From assembly GCA_964350735.1 (NCBI GenBank), contig CAYGKO010000002.1:90134-154133 (forward strand): 64,000 nt of DNA. The letters are read 5' to 3'. Positions 19,069 through 28,211 of this stretch are shown in pieces. The notes beneath the pieces are model-generated. The model ran no database searches. It had not been told where the DNA came from and worked only from the letters and a program-made list of their open reading frames with translations. This DNA is from an uncultured Candidatus Saccharibacteria bacterium (lineage in GTDB: Bacteria; Patescibacteriota; Minisyncoccia; Phycocordibacterales; UBA918). Made by a program: the position numbers and the translations under genes. Position 1 is the stretch's first letter. The number at the start of each line of letters is the position of its first letter.

Positions 19069-20496
19069 GTGGATATCATGAATACTGCCTTAGCTCCAAC
19101 ACAGATTGTAATTCTCGGTGGTAGTGGCGATTTAAGTAAGCGGAAGCTACTTCCAGCGCTGTTAGATTTATATACAAAAGACAAACTGCCGCAGCAATTT
19201 CAAATCATTGGCCAAGCAAAGACGCAGCGAACTGACGCTGAGTATCAAGCACTTGTACAAGAAGTGCTTGAAAAACATGATCACGGCCACTCAGTCAGGC
19301 ATATAGAATCTTTTTGTCAGCGCGTCAGCTACGTATCTGGCGGTTTTGAAGATGACACTACATACAAAAACCTGCAACAGAAACTTATGGGGTACCAAGA
19401 TGAACTTGGTATGTGCACCAATCGCTTGTTCTACTTAGCCGTACCCCCTGGATACTACGAACAAATCTTTGAATCACTACACGACCACAACATGAATGAA
19501 CCGTGCGATCTAGAAAATGGCTGGACGCGTATTTTGGTTGAGAAGCCCTTTGGCAACGATTATAAATCGGCCCGAGCTCTCGACGAGACGCTCAGTTCAT
19601 TATTCAAAGAAGAACAAATCTTCCGCATTGATCATTATTTAGCCAAAGAAGCGGTGCAGAATATTCTTTCATTTCGCTTTGCCAATCCACTTATCAGTTC
19701 AACCTGGAGTAAAGAGTATATAGAGTCTATCAAGATTGAAATGAAAGAGACCATAGACGTAGGGGAGCGGGGTGACTTCTACGAGGCGGTTGGTGCCTTA
19801 CGCGACGTTGGACAAAACCACTTGCTCCAAGTCCTAGCGCTACTCACAATGAATCAACCGGCCAAATTTGATGCTGCCCACATTAGAAAAGAACGAGCCT
19901 ATATTCTTGGATCATTACGGGCATACGAACCAAAAACCTGTTCGGGGAAAGTGGCCCGCGGTCAATATAAAGGCTTTCTAGAGACAGATGGAGTTGATTA
20001 TACTTCAGATACTGAAACCTACTTTGAACTCATCACCCACCTTGATATTGATCACTGGAAAGATGTACCAATCCATATCAGCAGTGGAAAAGGTCTAGAT
20101 GAGGGAGTGGTCAGAGCTACCATCACCTTTAAAGAAGTCCTGGACGGGCTATTCGAAGAGGAGAACTACCACGTAGCAAAAAACAAAATTATCCTAACTC
20201 TCAATCCCAATCTAGACATTGCTATCACTCTTAATAGCAAAAAACCTGGCTATGACTATAAAGTTGAACCGGATACACTACATTTTGATTGCCGCTCGGG
20301 TGATGGTTCAATTACTAATTCATACGAAAAAGTACTACTTGATTGTATCTATGGCGACCAGACACTGTTTACCTCAACCGAAGAAGTGCTAGCCGCATGG
20401 AAATACGTCTCATCAATACTTGAAAATTGGCAGAATATCCCAATGGAGACGTACCAGAAGGGAAGCGGCGGACCAGAGAAGTTATCAGTGCTGTAA
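19069..20496 (+). CDS. zwf: glucose-6-phosphate 1-dehydrogenase
   Basis: GGSGDLSKRKLLPAL NADP site, RIDHYLAKE active-site motif, EKPFG; TGCTACACT extended -10 upstream. Confidence 0.9.
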   Translation: MDIMNTALAPTQIVILGGSGDLSKRKLLPALLDLYTKDKLPQQFQIIGQAKTQRTDAEYQALVQEVLEKHDHGHSVRHIESFCQRVSYVSGGFEDDTTYKNLQQKLMGYQDELGMCTNRLFYLAVPPGYYEQIFESLHDHNMNEPCDLENGWTRILVEKPFGNDYKSARALDETLSSLFKEEQIFRIDHYLAKEAVQNILSFRFANPLISSTWSKEYIESIKIEMKETIDVGERGDFYEAVGALRDVGQNHLLQVLALLTMNQPAKFDAAHIRKERAYILGSLRAYEPKTCSGKVARGQYKGFLETDGVDYTSDTETYFELITHLDIDHWKDVPIHISSGKGLDEGVVRATITFKEVLDGLFEEENYHVAKNKIILTLNPNLDIAITLNSKKPGYDYKVEPDTLHFDCRSGDGSITNSYEKVLLDCIYGDQTLFTSTEEVLAAWKYVSSILENWQNIPMETYQKGSGGPEKLSVL

Positions 20497-20506
20497 ACTA
20501 TAGGGT

Positions 20507-21463
20507 ATGGAACAAATCAAAGAATTCGCATTTATTGGACTCGGTCGCATGGGCTTAGCCATGACCACACACCTGGTTGAACAAGGCTACACCATCCATG
20601 GTTTTGATGTCGATGATGGAGCACGCGAAGCAGCTAAAGCCGCTGGGGTCACTCCACATGACTCAATTAAATCTGCCATTAATGCATTACCAGAACATAA
20701 GGTGGTCTGGATTATGGTGCCGTCACGCTTTGTTGATAATGTACTCACCTCAGTACGAAAACAACTCACCAAGCATGACATCATTATCGATGGAGGGAAC
20801 AGCTTCTTTAAAGACAGCCTCCATCGACACCACGACTTAGATAGAGACGGAATCTGGTTTGTTGACGTCGGAACCTCTGGTGGCGTAGAGGGAGCCAGGT
20901 GCGGCGCGTCACTTATGGTCGGGGGAGATAAAGAAGCGGTTGATCCGATCGCACATATCTTTACTGATCTGGCTGCTGAAGACGGGTATGGCTTTGTTGG
21001 CGGACCTGGCGCCGGACACTTTGTAAAAATGATCCACAACGGTATCGAGTACGGCATGATGGGGGCCTTAGCTGAAGGAGTGAACATCCTACATGAACAT
21101 GAAGATGGTCTCGAGATAAACGTCATGGAAGCCCTCAAAGCCTATGAGCACGGTAGTATTATTTCTAGCGCACTCACCAGCTGGCTGGTAGACGCGTACG
21201 AAACTCCCGGCTACCTAGAGAAGATCGCTGGGGTAGTACCACGTGGAGAAACTGAAATGGAGATGGAATACGTCGTTGATCACAATCACGCTCGTGTTCT
21301 GAACGCCGCCCTTACCCAGCGTAAGCTCACTCGAGTTGAACCGTCACGCACTGGCTCACTTATTTCTGCGATGCGTAATCAGTTCGGGGGACACAAGACC
21401 ATCGCAGATGATCATAAAAAAAAATGGAACACCAAACCAGTAACAATCCTGCCCAAGAACTAG
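20507..21463 (+). CDS. gnd: 6-phosphogluconate dehydrogenase (short decarboxylating type)
   Basis: FIGLGRMGLAM Rossmann motif; GGDKEA and downstream 6PGDH C-domain similarity. Confidence 0.7.
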   Translation: MEQIKEFAFIGLGRMGLAMTTHLVEQGYTIHGFDVDDGAREAAKAAGVTPHDSIKSAINALPEHKVVWIMVPSRFVDNVLTSVRKQLTKHDIIIDGGNSFFKDSLHRHHDLDRDGIWFVDVGTSGGVEGARCGASLMVGGDKEAVDPIAHIFTDLAAEDGYGFVGGPGAGHFVKMIHNGIEYGMMGALAEGVNILHEHEDGLEINVMEALKAYEHGSIISSALTSWLVDAYETPGYLEKIAGVVPRGETEMEMEYVVDHNHARVLNAALTQRKLTRVEPSRTGSLISAMRNQFGGHKTIADDHKKKWNTKPVTILPKN

Positions 21464-22107
21464 CTGAGAGGTTAGCACACGAACTAGGTGCACATCCTGG
21501 CGACACTCTTTGCTTCTTAGCCGGAGGCTCGGCTTTTGAAATATTTGAGTACTTAGAGTTAGATGAAAATATTAAGCGTCGCACAATATTTTGCATGGGG
21601 GATGAGCGGGTGAGTGGGAACAGTGCAGAAAACAATTACTTACAACTCCTAACCAAACTCAGTACTAATCACGGTCTACAGCTCATAGATACTGCAAGTC
21701 CTGGACCAGAAACGCCAAAGCAATTTACTGAGCGAATTAATAAAATAATTTCTGAAAAATTATTTACATTAATTCAGCCAAATATTATTTGCGTGCTTGG
21801 GGTCGGAACCGATGGTCATACCGCTGGTATTTTTCCGATGCAAGAATCATCATTTGCTACTACGTATCCTAATGACTCAATGTACGTGCCGATCACAACA
21901 CGAGGCTTAGAATCCAATTTTAGAGCTTCTTTAACGCCTGATTGGATACTCAGCAAGGCTGATCTGGTACTTGGGTACGCAACTGGAGAAATCAAATGCA
22001 AAACGGTAATTCGTGAACTTTGTAATCGAAATTATGAAATTCACGAAATGCCAGCGCAGATTATCAAACGACACAAGAACAGTATATTGTTTACTGACTG
22101 TGTGTAA
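21424..22107 (+). CDS. pgl: 6-phosphogluconolactonase
   Basis: LAGGSAFE and GVGTDGHTAGIFP motifs of the 6PGL/NagB family; follows zwf-gnd. Confidence 0.65.
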   Translation: MEHQTSNNPAQELAERLAHELGAHPGDTLCFLAGGSAFEIFEYLELDENIKRRTIFCMGDERVSGNSAENNYLQLLTKLSTNHGLQLIDTASPGPETPKQFTERINKIISEKLFTLIQPNIICVLGVGTDGHTAGIFPMQESSFATTYPNDSMYVPITTRGLESNFRASLTPDWILSKADLVLGYATGEIKCKTVIRELCNRNYEIHEMPAQIIKRHKNSILFTDCV

Positions 22108-22166
22108 TGTCGCAAAGAACGATTATGCGACGCAGCTATCGCTAGCAACGCACAATCGCTGGGATC

Positions 22167-22217
22167 TTTTGCGACATAAGCAAAGGGCTAAATAGCCTCT
22201 TTGCTTATGTCGCAAAA
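22167..22217. terminator. bidirectional terminator hairpin (17-bp perfect stem with palindromic loop)
   Basis: TTTTGCGACATAAGCAAAG-ggctaaatagcct-CTTTGCTTATGTCGCAAAA between the convergent pgl and HD genes. Confidence 0.45.
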
Positions 22218-22313
22218 GATATATTGTGCGACGTTTATATAAATAATAAGGCAGAGCTTTATATATCCCTCCCCACCAACACGAGTTCATCTCAGTTACT
22301 AAATGAGACAGGT

Positions 22314-22958
22314 CTATTTCATTTTAAATATACCTGTCTCACCCTGCTCAATCTTAAGATAATGTTCCATACAGAGCTCAAATATTTCCTTCATTAATTG
22401 ATCCCACTCAAAGTACTGAGTCTTTTTGTCGATAATATCCTGCACCACTCTCCCCTTCATCCTAAAGTTATCAATTTTAATTTGCGGGCGACGCACAGAA
22501 TGCACAACAGGCGCTAACGCATCAATGCATTTTGCATATTTTGCCTCTAACGAAATACGCTCTTCATATTCTTGATAGACCACTTGTTGTTCAGGCTCGA
22601 TAAGCTTCATAGCGGCTTTAAACTCGACATCTTCTTGCGAATCGGTTTTATCATATGTAAATACATCACCCACTTCAGTTTCACCAATGTCATGAATCGC
22701 CAGCATGATTAATACCCTACCCAGATCTATTTCTTTAGAGTGTTCTAGATAGGGGTGAAGAAAAGCTGCTAAAACTGGCAGATGACCAACATGCTCCAGT
22801 AAAGGCTCTCTAACAGCAGGATTGCCAAAGTCTCCCTCAGGGACTAAGCCAGTCTCGATAATCTGAACATAACGATCTCCAGTAACTAAATGCCGTTTTT
22901 CAAATGAGTAGCGTTCTTGTAATTCAATCAATCTTTCAAGTATTTCTTTTGTATTCAT
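22314..22958 (-). CDS. HD-domain phosphohydrolase (YfbR-like), last gene of the lexA operon
   Basis: HVGHLP...LAIHDIGETEVGD HD motif; start 4 nt after the lexA stop. Confidence 0.7.
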   Translation of the reverse strand: MNTKEILERLIELQERYSFEKRHLVTGDRYVQIIETGLVPEGDFGNPAVREPLLEHVGHLPVLAAFLHPYLEHSKEIDLGRVLIMLAIHDIGETEVGDVFTYDKTDSQEDVEFKAAMKLIEPEQQVVYQEYEERISLEAKYAKCIDALAPVVHSVRRPQIKIDNFRMKGRVVQDIIDKKTQYFEWDQLMKEIFELCMEHYLKIEQGETGIFKMK

Positions 22959-22962
22959 AATA

Positions 22963-23523
22963 TTAGTATTTGCGAATCACACCTTTAACAACCGCAGCGA
23001 TCCTCAGTTCATGCTCCGGATAGATTGGCTTAAGGTACTTGTTCGCTGGTTCAAGCCAGACCTTATTTCCCTTTTGTTTGAAATATTTGAGCGTCCAGCC
23101 ACCGTCTACTTCGGCCACTACAATATCTCCATCACGGGCTGTCTCTGAGCGCTCTGCAATCACCAAATCACCTTCATCGATATGTGCTTCGATCATGGAG
23201 TCGCCCTTCACTTCTAGTATAAAAGTCTTCTCTTTCTTAGGGACGAGATACTCTTCGATACTAAGGGTATCAAGCATATCAGAATCGACTGTGCTCGGGA
23301 TACCAGCCTCCACCAAACCAAGCATTGGTATCTCACCAGCAGACAAACTCGGAAGCAGCTTCCCCTTGGCATCTTTTGTTAAGACGCCCGCATCAATCAG
23401 TTTATGGACTAACTTGGACACAGCATTTTTTGACTTAAAGCCAACCAACTCTGCGATTTCAGCGTAGCTCGGCATCCGCTTATTACGGTTGTAAAATTGT
23501 AGGATTTTATCTTTTTGTTCCAT
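22963..23523 (-). CDS. lexA: LexA repressor (S24 autopeptidase)
   Basis: N-terminal winged HTH (SYAEIAELVGFKSKNAVSKLV), Ala-Gly cleavage region, S24 motifs GDSM and a K in GWTLKYF. Confidence 0.9.
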   Translation of the reverse strand: MEQKDKILQFYNRNKRMPSYAEIAELVGFKSKNAVSKLVHKLIDAGVLTKDAKGKLLPSLSAGEIPMLGLVEAGIPSTVDSDMLDTLSIEEYLVPKKEKTFILEVKGDSMIEAHIDEGDLVIAERSETARDGDIVVAEVDGGWTLKYFKQKGNKVWLEPANKYLKPIYPEHELRIAAVVKGVIRKY

Positions 23524-23544
23524 AGCTATAACTTCAGTATACGC

Positions 23545-23739
23545 CTAGACGCGAGAAAATGGACTGAAAAAATTGAACAGTACTCGCCCTTTCTCTTCTC
23601 GTCGTAGTTGGCGCAAAAGTACCTTGTGACGTTGCGCTTCACGGCGGTAGTCATATGAGTGCATGATTTTGTTATCAATGACTCCGTTTAGTTTCTGAAT
23701 TTCTGTATTTAGTGCTTTAAGATATTCTTGTTTGCTCAT
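23545..23739 (-). CDS. small basic protein directly under SOS-box control
   Basis: 64-aa ORF 33 nt downstream of the SOS-box promoter; 21 nt upstream of lexA on the same strand. Confidence 0.4.
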   Translation of the reverse strand: MSKQEYLKALNTEIQKLNGVIDNKIMHSYDYRREAQRHKVLLRQLRREEKGRVLFNFFSPFSRV

Positions 23740-23771
23740 ACTTGATGATATTCCCTATTTGTAATAGAGAT

Positions 23772-23800
23772 AGTATAGGTGAACGATCGTTCACCGTCAA
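23772..23800 (-). promoter_or_regulatory. sigma-70 promoter with embedded LexA (Cheo-type) operator
   Basis: On the minus strand: TTGACG, then the 17-nt spacer GGTGAACGATCGTTCACC (perfect GAAC-N4-GTTC palindrome), then TATACT. Confidence 0.65.
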
Positions 23801-23815
23801 GCACTTATCCCCAAT

Positions 23816-24418
23816 TTACATTTCATACACCACAAAATCTCCTTCTTCGAGCGCGTGGATTGGCAAGGAAGTATCATCGTACGCTTCTAGTTCTTGATAC
23901 GCTTTAGTCCAATCAATTGGACCACGCGGATCGTCAAAACCATATACTGGCGATTTATAATGAACCAGTGTTTTACAGGGTAAAATTCCCAAGCCATCTA
24001 CACACTCTCGCGAATCCGAATCCCAGCCTGCTTGAGACAAGGCCAGAGTAGTTGCTGAATTTGTGCATACCGTTTTGTTTTGGAAGAGTTGTGCAAGATT
24101 TAATTTCTTTGTTCGTTCTAAGAATAACTCAGGGTACCCGCCGTGTAAATAAACGACATCTGTTTCAGCTACTTGTTTTTCAAACTGATCTATAGTACCA
24201 ACAGTGTGTTTGAATTGTTGATCAACAGGAATCATATCCAGCAAGAATTGATAACTCTCTAAAGCCTTTGTCGTATCATTTAGTTCTCTTTGAGCGAAAA
24301 AACACCACAGTACAGAAATGTTTTCTTGTTCAAAATCTTTGAAGCACTCAATAAAATTTTGACGACCAAATTTTGGCACTCGTTTCATTCCTCCAGATTG
24401 AACAATATATTTAGTCAT
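23816..24418 (-). CDS. possible S51/class-I-glutamine-amidotransferase-like hydrolase
   Basis: VVYLHGGYPELFLERTKK and a nucleophile-like NSATT segment resemble the peptidase E family; weak. Confidence 0.35.
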   Translation of the reverse strand: MTKYIVQSGGMKRVPKFGRQNFIECFKDFEQENISVLWCFFAQRELNDTTKALESYQFLLDMIPVDQQFKHTVGTIDQFEKQVAETDVVYLHGGYPELFLERTKKLNLAQLFQNKTVCTNSATTLALSQAGWDSDSRECVDGLGILPCKTLVHYKSPVYGFDDPRGPIDWTKAYQELEAYDDTSLPIHALEEGDFVVYEM

Positions 24419-25616
24419 GTCTATAGTGGTATATCATATTTAGGGCCAAAGAGGCAGCGACGGCGATCATGAATGTCCAACCGATTGGTACGAGGAGGGT
24501 CAGAAATGCCGTTGCTAAGAGCGCGGTGGCTCGTCCGAGATGATTGGCCATTTCTCGGATCACAGTGTACTCATCGACCAAACTTCCCTGATCGGCCGAC
24601 ATGTCATAGATAATGGCGCTAAAGGGCGTGTGGGAAAAGATCCGGGCAATGTTGTGATATAGCCCCACAAAGAATACTTGGGCCGCTGACAGCACAAATA
24701 TCTTAAACACCCAACCAATAGCGTACATGTAACTTCCAATCTTGAGCGTTTTCTTTTTATCTTTCCCTTGTTTGTCGAGGTGGCGGCCAATAATGAGTTG
24801 CAGCACGATCGTGACCCCAACTATAATTGTAGACAGTGCACCGATATTAAAGAGGTCTCCATCAAGGATTTCAAATAAGAAAATCGGCCACACAATAATA
24901 TTTACAATCGTCTCCGCTCCATTGGCAAACTCCCCCACCATCAGGCCGCGGTTTTTCTTATACCTAAATTGCCACCAGGTTTGTTTCCACGACCAGTCAA
25001 AGTGCGTAGGGGTTTCGGGTACGTACGCATACGAGATAGTCGCTGCTACGAGGAGTACGATGATGGTACCGAACAACGCACTATAGCCAGCATTAGCGAC
25101 GATAAACCCCGCTGCGATCGGCCCAATCGCTCCCATAAAGGCAATGGCGGCAAATGAGAGACTAACTTGCTTCCCTCGCTTCCCCGCTGTCGTAAATAAG
25201 GCGAAATCCGTATGAAATGGTACCCAATGAAACAGGCGAAAGGCTATGATTGCAACAGCCAAAGGCCACATGAGCATCAAAATATTTTCAGGCGTAAGCA
25301 GGAACAAAAAAATATAGGTAATAATGCTACATACTCCAGACAGCACTAACGTGCGACTAAAGCCTAGACGGTTAGTAACCGACATACTGGGTACCAAAAG
25401 CATGGCATACATAAATGACAGCATGGCGTAATACCCTCCTACTACGAAAAATGAATTACCCGATGTTTCGTACAAGAAGATTGGTACAAAGATTCCGGCG
25501 AGAGCAGCCGCAGCGCCGTGGATCAAACGCTTGCTAATAAAGAGCTGCATAAACCCAGAGTCCTTTTTTTGGAAACGACCCCGCGTATCGCGCAGCGCAT
25601 TGATAGTAGATTGCAT
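24411..25616 (-). CDS. MFS transporter
   Basis: Twelve hydrophobic helices; ATG at 25616 preceded by TGCTATACT 8 nt upstream (track start 25634 is TTG). Confidence 0.7.
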   Translation of the reverse strand: MQSTINALRDTRGRFQKKDSGFMQLFISKRLIHGAAAALAGIFVPIFLYETSGNSFFVVGGYYAMLSFMYAMLLVPSMSVTNRLGFSRTLVLSGVCSIITYIFLFLLTPENILMLMWPLAVAIIAFRLFHWVPFHTDFALFTTAGKRGKQVSLSFAAIAFMGAIGPIAAGFIVANAGYSALFGTIIVLLVAATISYAYVPETPTHFDWSWKQTWWQFRYKKNRGLMVGEFANGAETIVNIIVWPIFLFEILDGDLFNIGALSTIIVGVTIVLQLIIGRHLDKQGKDKKKTLKIGSYMYAIGWVFKIFVLSAAQVFFVGLYHNIARIFSHTPFSAIIYDMSADQGSLVDEYTVIREMANHLGRATALLATAFLTLLVPIGWTFMIAVAASLALNMIYHYRHD

Positions 25617-25669
25617 AGTATCTAAGTATAGCAAGAGTAGACTGACACCTGCGGCGTCAGCCCACAGTC

Positions 25670-26155
25670 TTATGTACCAAGCTTAATCACTCTATCGAAG
25701 TGTACTTTCTTAATCGGCATTACTGAAAGACGATTTCCTTTCAGCACGACAGGCATATCAGCGAACTTTGGATCGAGTTTGAGTTCTTTAAGGGTCACCA
25801 CTTCTTTAAAGGTTGACTGATACTTCACATCTACCGCTAGCCAGCGTGGGTTCTCTGGGTCGCTCTTAGGGTCTGGATGTTCACTTTTCGGATCAAATTG
25901 CGTCGGGTCAGGGTACGACTCTTTCACAATCTTCATGGTGCCAACGACCCCGGTCTCGTCACCAGCATTAGAATGATAGAAAAGTGCCCTGTCCCCTACT
26001 TTCATATCGTCGCGCATCATATTGCGCACTTGATAGTTACGAGTACCGTCCCACATTTCTACTTTGTCACGCTTCAGGTCATTAATTGAATAACAATCAG
26101 GTTCGCTTTTCATGAGCCAATATTTCATCTTTATATAGTGTCTCATTTGGTACAA
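25670..26155 (-). CDS. EVE (PUA-like) domain protein
   Basis: KYWLMKSEP...WDGTRNYQVRNMMRDDMKVGDRALFYHS is characteristic of the EVE domain. Confidence 0.7.
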   Translation of the reverse strand: MYQMRHYIKMKYWLMKSEPDCYSINDLKRDKVEMWDGTRNYQVRNMMRDDMKVGDRALFYHSNAGDETGVVGTMKIVKESYPDPTQFDPKSEHPDPKSDPENPRWLAVDVKYQSTFKEVVTLKELKLDPKFADMPVVLKGNRLSVMPIKKVHFDRVIKLGT

Positions 26156-26198
26156 TAAAGCTAGTCGAATTTACACACTTGTTACTTAAAAAATATTT

Positions 26199-26645
26199 AT
26201 GACAATGATGTTATCAAGCGCGCAGCGTTCACGACTGCGCACACACGGGACGTTAGTGGGTCGGATTCTGATGGGACTACTCTTCTTCTTTTCTGGAATT
26301 GGCATCCTGATGATGGGACCTGAAAACACCGCCAGTTTTTATGAAAGCCTCGGCGTGCCGATGGCTGGGCTAGCGGTCTGGCTGGTAGTCGCAGTGAAGC
26401 TTGGTGCTGGTGGTGCACTCATGGCCGGTTATCGTACCGGCTTAGCAGCCGCAGCACTGATTGTATTCACAGTCATTGCAACCCTATTAGCCCACATGGA
26501 TCTTGAAGATCCAAACCTCTTCAAGAATCTAGCTATTATCGGTGGCCTCCTCTACGCTATGGCGTATGGCGCTGGCGAAGGTTGGAGTGTTGACAGTGGA
26601 AAAAGTGACACAGTCACTATCCCTGATTCAGTTGATCAGATCTAG
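26199..26645 (+). CDS. DoxX-family membrane protein
   Basis: Four TM helices; LVGRILMGLLFFFSGIGIL DoxX-like N-terminus. Confidence 0.6.
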   Translation: MTMMLSSAQRSRLRTHGTLVGRILMGLLFFFSGIGILMMGPENTASFYESLGVPMAGLAVWLVVAVKLGAGGALMAGYRTGLAAAALIVFTVIATLLAHMDLEDPNLFKNLAIIGGLLYAMAYGAGEGWSVDSGKSDTVTIPDSVDQI

Positions 26646-26660
26646 ATAGATAGACATAAT

Positions 26661-26688
26661 AAAACCGCACCAAATGGGTGCGGTTTTA
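26661..26688. terminator. bidirectional rho-independent terminator
   Basis: AAAACCGCACCC-aaat-GGGTGCGGTTTT between convergent genes. Confidence 0.55.
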
Positions 26689-26705
26689 TTATTAGAAATC
26701 TTAGC

Positions 26706-27098
26706 TTAACCGTTGAAGGCCAGCGTACGTCCCCAACATGGTTTCGAAGCACTCCAGGGTTGAGTACCTTGTCGTTCGTATAGTGCGCGGGCATAGGCCA
26801 TATTGTCGTAAATATCTTCAAGATTGAGCTCCATTCGTTCAGCAGTATCACCATGGTAATAGGTGTTAATCTGCATCACGCCCGTATCTCGATCATCTAC
26901 GAATCCGCGTAAGACTGAACCATCGCTTAAGGTATGTCGGAAAGTGGACTCACATCGAGCCACTTGAATCATGACTGGAATATCTGAGAAGTATGATCGA
27001 ACGATCGCTTCGGTATCCACTGACGTCAAGTATGTTTCTGTAGCCGTGCCTTCGGTAACAATTGTTCCGTAAGCAACATCAGTTTCTGCTGATGACAC
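26706..27098 (-). CDS. lysozyme-like / lytic transglycosylase (SLT- or Rpf-type) domain protein
   Basis: ARCESTF catalytic-Glu motif and GVMQINTYYHG; GTG start; the in-frame upstream stretch encodes a hydrophobic LILSTLITAVIAVTGV segment with no ATG. Confidence 0.5.
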   Translation of the reverse strand: MSSAETDVAYGTIVTEGTATETYLTSVDTEAIVRSYFSDIPVMIQVARCESTFRHTLSDGSVLRGFVDDRDTGVMQINTYYHGDTAERMELNLEDIYDNMAYARALYERQGTQPWSASKPCWGRTLAFNG

Positions 27099-27254
27099 TC
27101 CTGTTACTGCAATAACTGCTGTAATAAGGGTCGATAAAATAAGCCGTTGGTCTTATCTTTTAAATGTCAGCTTCTGTATTTACTTCTTACTTGTAAGTCG
27201 TAAATACCTGACAACCGCAAAATCATAGCACGATTCTGTGATGTTTAACATTAT

Positions 27255-27283
27255 ACTATATTTTATAGTTATTGTCAAACATA
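27255..27283 (-). promoter_or_regulatory. consensus sigma-70 promoter
   Basis: Minus strand TTGACA, 17 nt, TATAAT upstream of the lysozyme-like gene. Confidence 0.45.
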
Positions 27284-27313
27284 TACGTCACCTTTACTCC
27301 TGATTTTAGGACA

Positions 27314-27339
27314 AAAAATGGCTCTATTGAGCCATTTTT
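27314..27339. terminator. bidirectional terminator
   Basis: AAAAATGGCTC-tatt-GAGCCATTTTT downstream of the SPFH gene. Confidence 0.55.
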
Positions 27340-27385
27340 ATCTTCTATTGTCTTACAGTGGAGACTGTCCTACAGTTCCGTGTCA

Positions 27386-28168
27386 TTAGACTTGGTCGGT
27401 ATTTTGTGATTTTTGAGCTGAACTTGTCTTCATCCACTCGTTAGCCGACTCAACCGCTCGTAGTATTTCAATAGGTACAGCAAATACGACTGTATTAGAC
27501 TGGTCTGAAGATAAGTCATTAAGTGACTGCAGTGTACGAAGATGTAGCGCACCATTAGATTCTGATAGCATCTTAGCTGCTTTAGCCATATTTTCAGCGG
27601 CCGCCACCTCACCTTCGGCTTTGATAATAACTGAGCGTCGTTCTCGCTCTGCTTCGGCTTGCTTGGCAATCGTTCGCTCCATGTCTTCCGGCAAGAAGAA
27701 GTCTTTAAGTTCTACATTCTCTACTCGAATCCCCCACGCATCGGTCTCTTTATCAACAATTTGCTGAATCCGTACTGAGAGTTCGTCACGTTTAGAAAGC
27801 ACTTCATCAAGGTCCGCACTACCAACAATATTACGCATTGTCGTTTGGGCCAACTGCGAGACCGCAAAACGGAAATTTTCTACCTCAAGTATTGCTTTGG
27901 CAGCATCAGACACTCGGTAGTAAATCACCGCGTTAATACTCGCCGATACATTATCGCGCGTAATCACCTTCTGATCAGGCACATCTACCGCTTTTACTCG
28001 GAGATCCACTTTATCCATACTCTGAAAGATCGGGATGATGATACTCCAACCTGGATTACGCATTCCTGTAAACTTCCCCATCGTCAACACTACCCCTCGC
28101 TCATACTGCTTCACTTCCCGTAAAAACGAGATAATAACAACAATTGCCACCAAAATAATCCACCACAT
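27386..28168 (-). CDS. SPFH/band-7 (stomatin/prohibitin-like) protein
   Basis: N-terminal TM helix, then a band-7 core (ERGVVLTMGKF...ITRDNVSASINAVIYYRV) and a coiled-coil C-terminus. Confidence 0.85.
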   Translation of the reverse strand: MWWIILVAIVVIISFLREVKQYERGVVLTMGKFTGMRNPGWSIIIPIFQSMDKVDLRVKAVDVPDQKVITRDNVSASINAVIYYRVSDAAKAILEVENFRFAVSQLAQTTMRNIVGSADLDEVLSKRDELSVRIQQIVDKETDAWGIRVENVELKDFFLPEDMERTIAKQAEAERERRSVIIKAEGEVAAAENMAKAAKMLSESNGALHLRTLQSLNDLSSDQSNTVVFAVPIEILRAVESANEWMKTSSAQKSQNTDQV

Positions 28169-28211
28169 AGGAAATTAAGTCTTACACTTTTATATTTGTA
28201 GTATACAGCAA

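Noticed and set aside
23524-23620. Second LexA box directly upstream of lexA (GAACAGTACTCG)
   Set aside because: Only one GAAC half-site is present, the other being CTCG, and it lies inside the small ORF's coding sequence.
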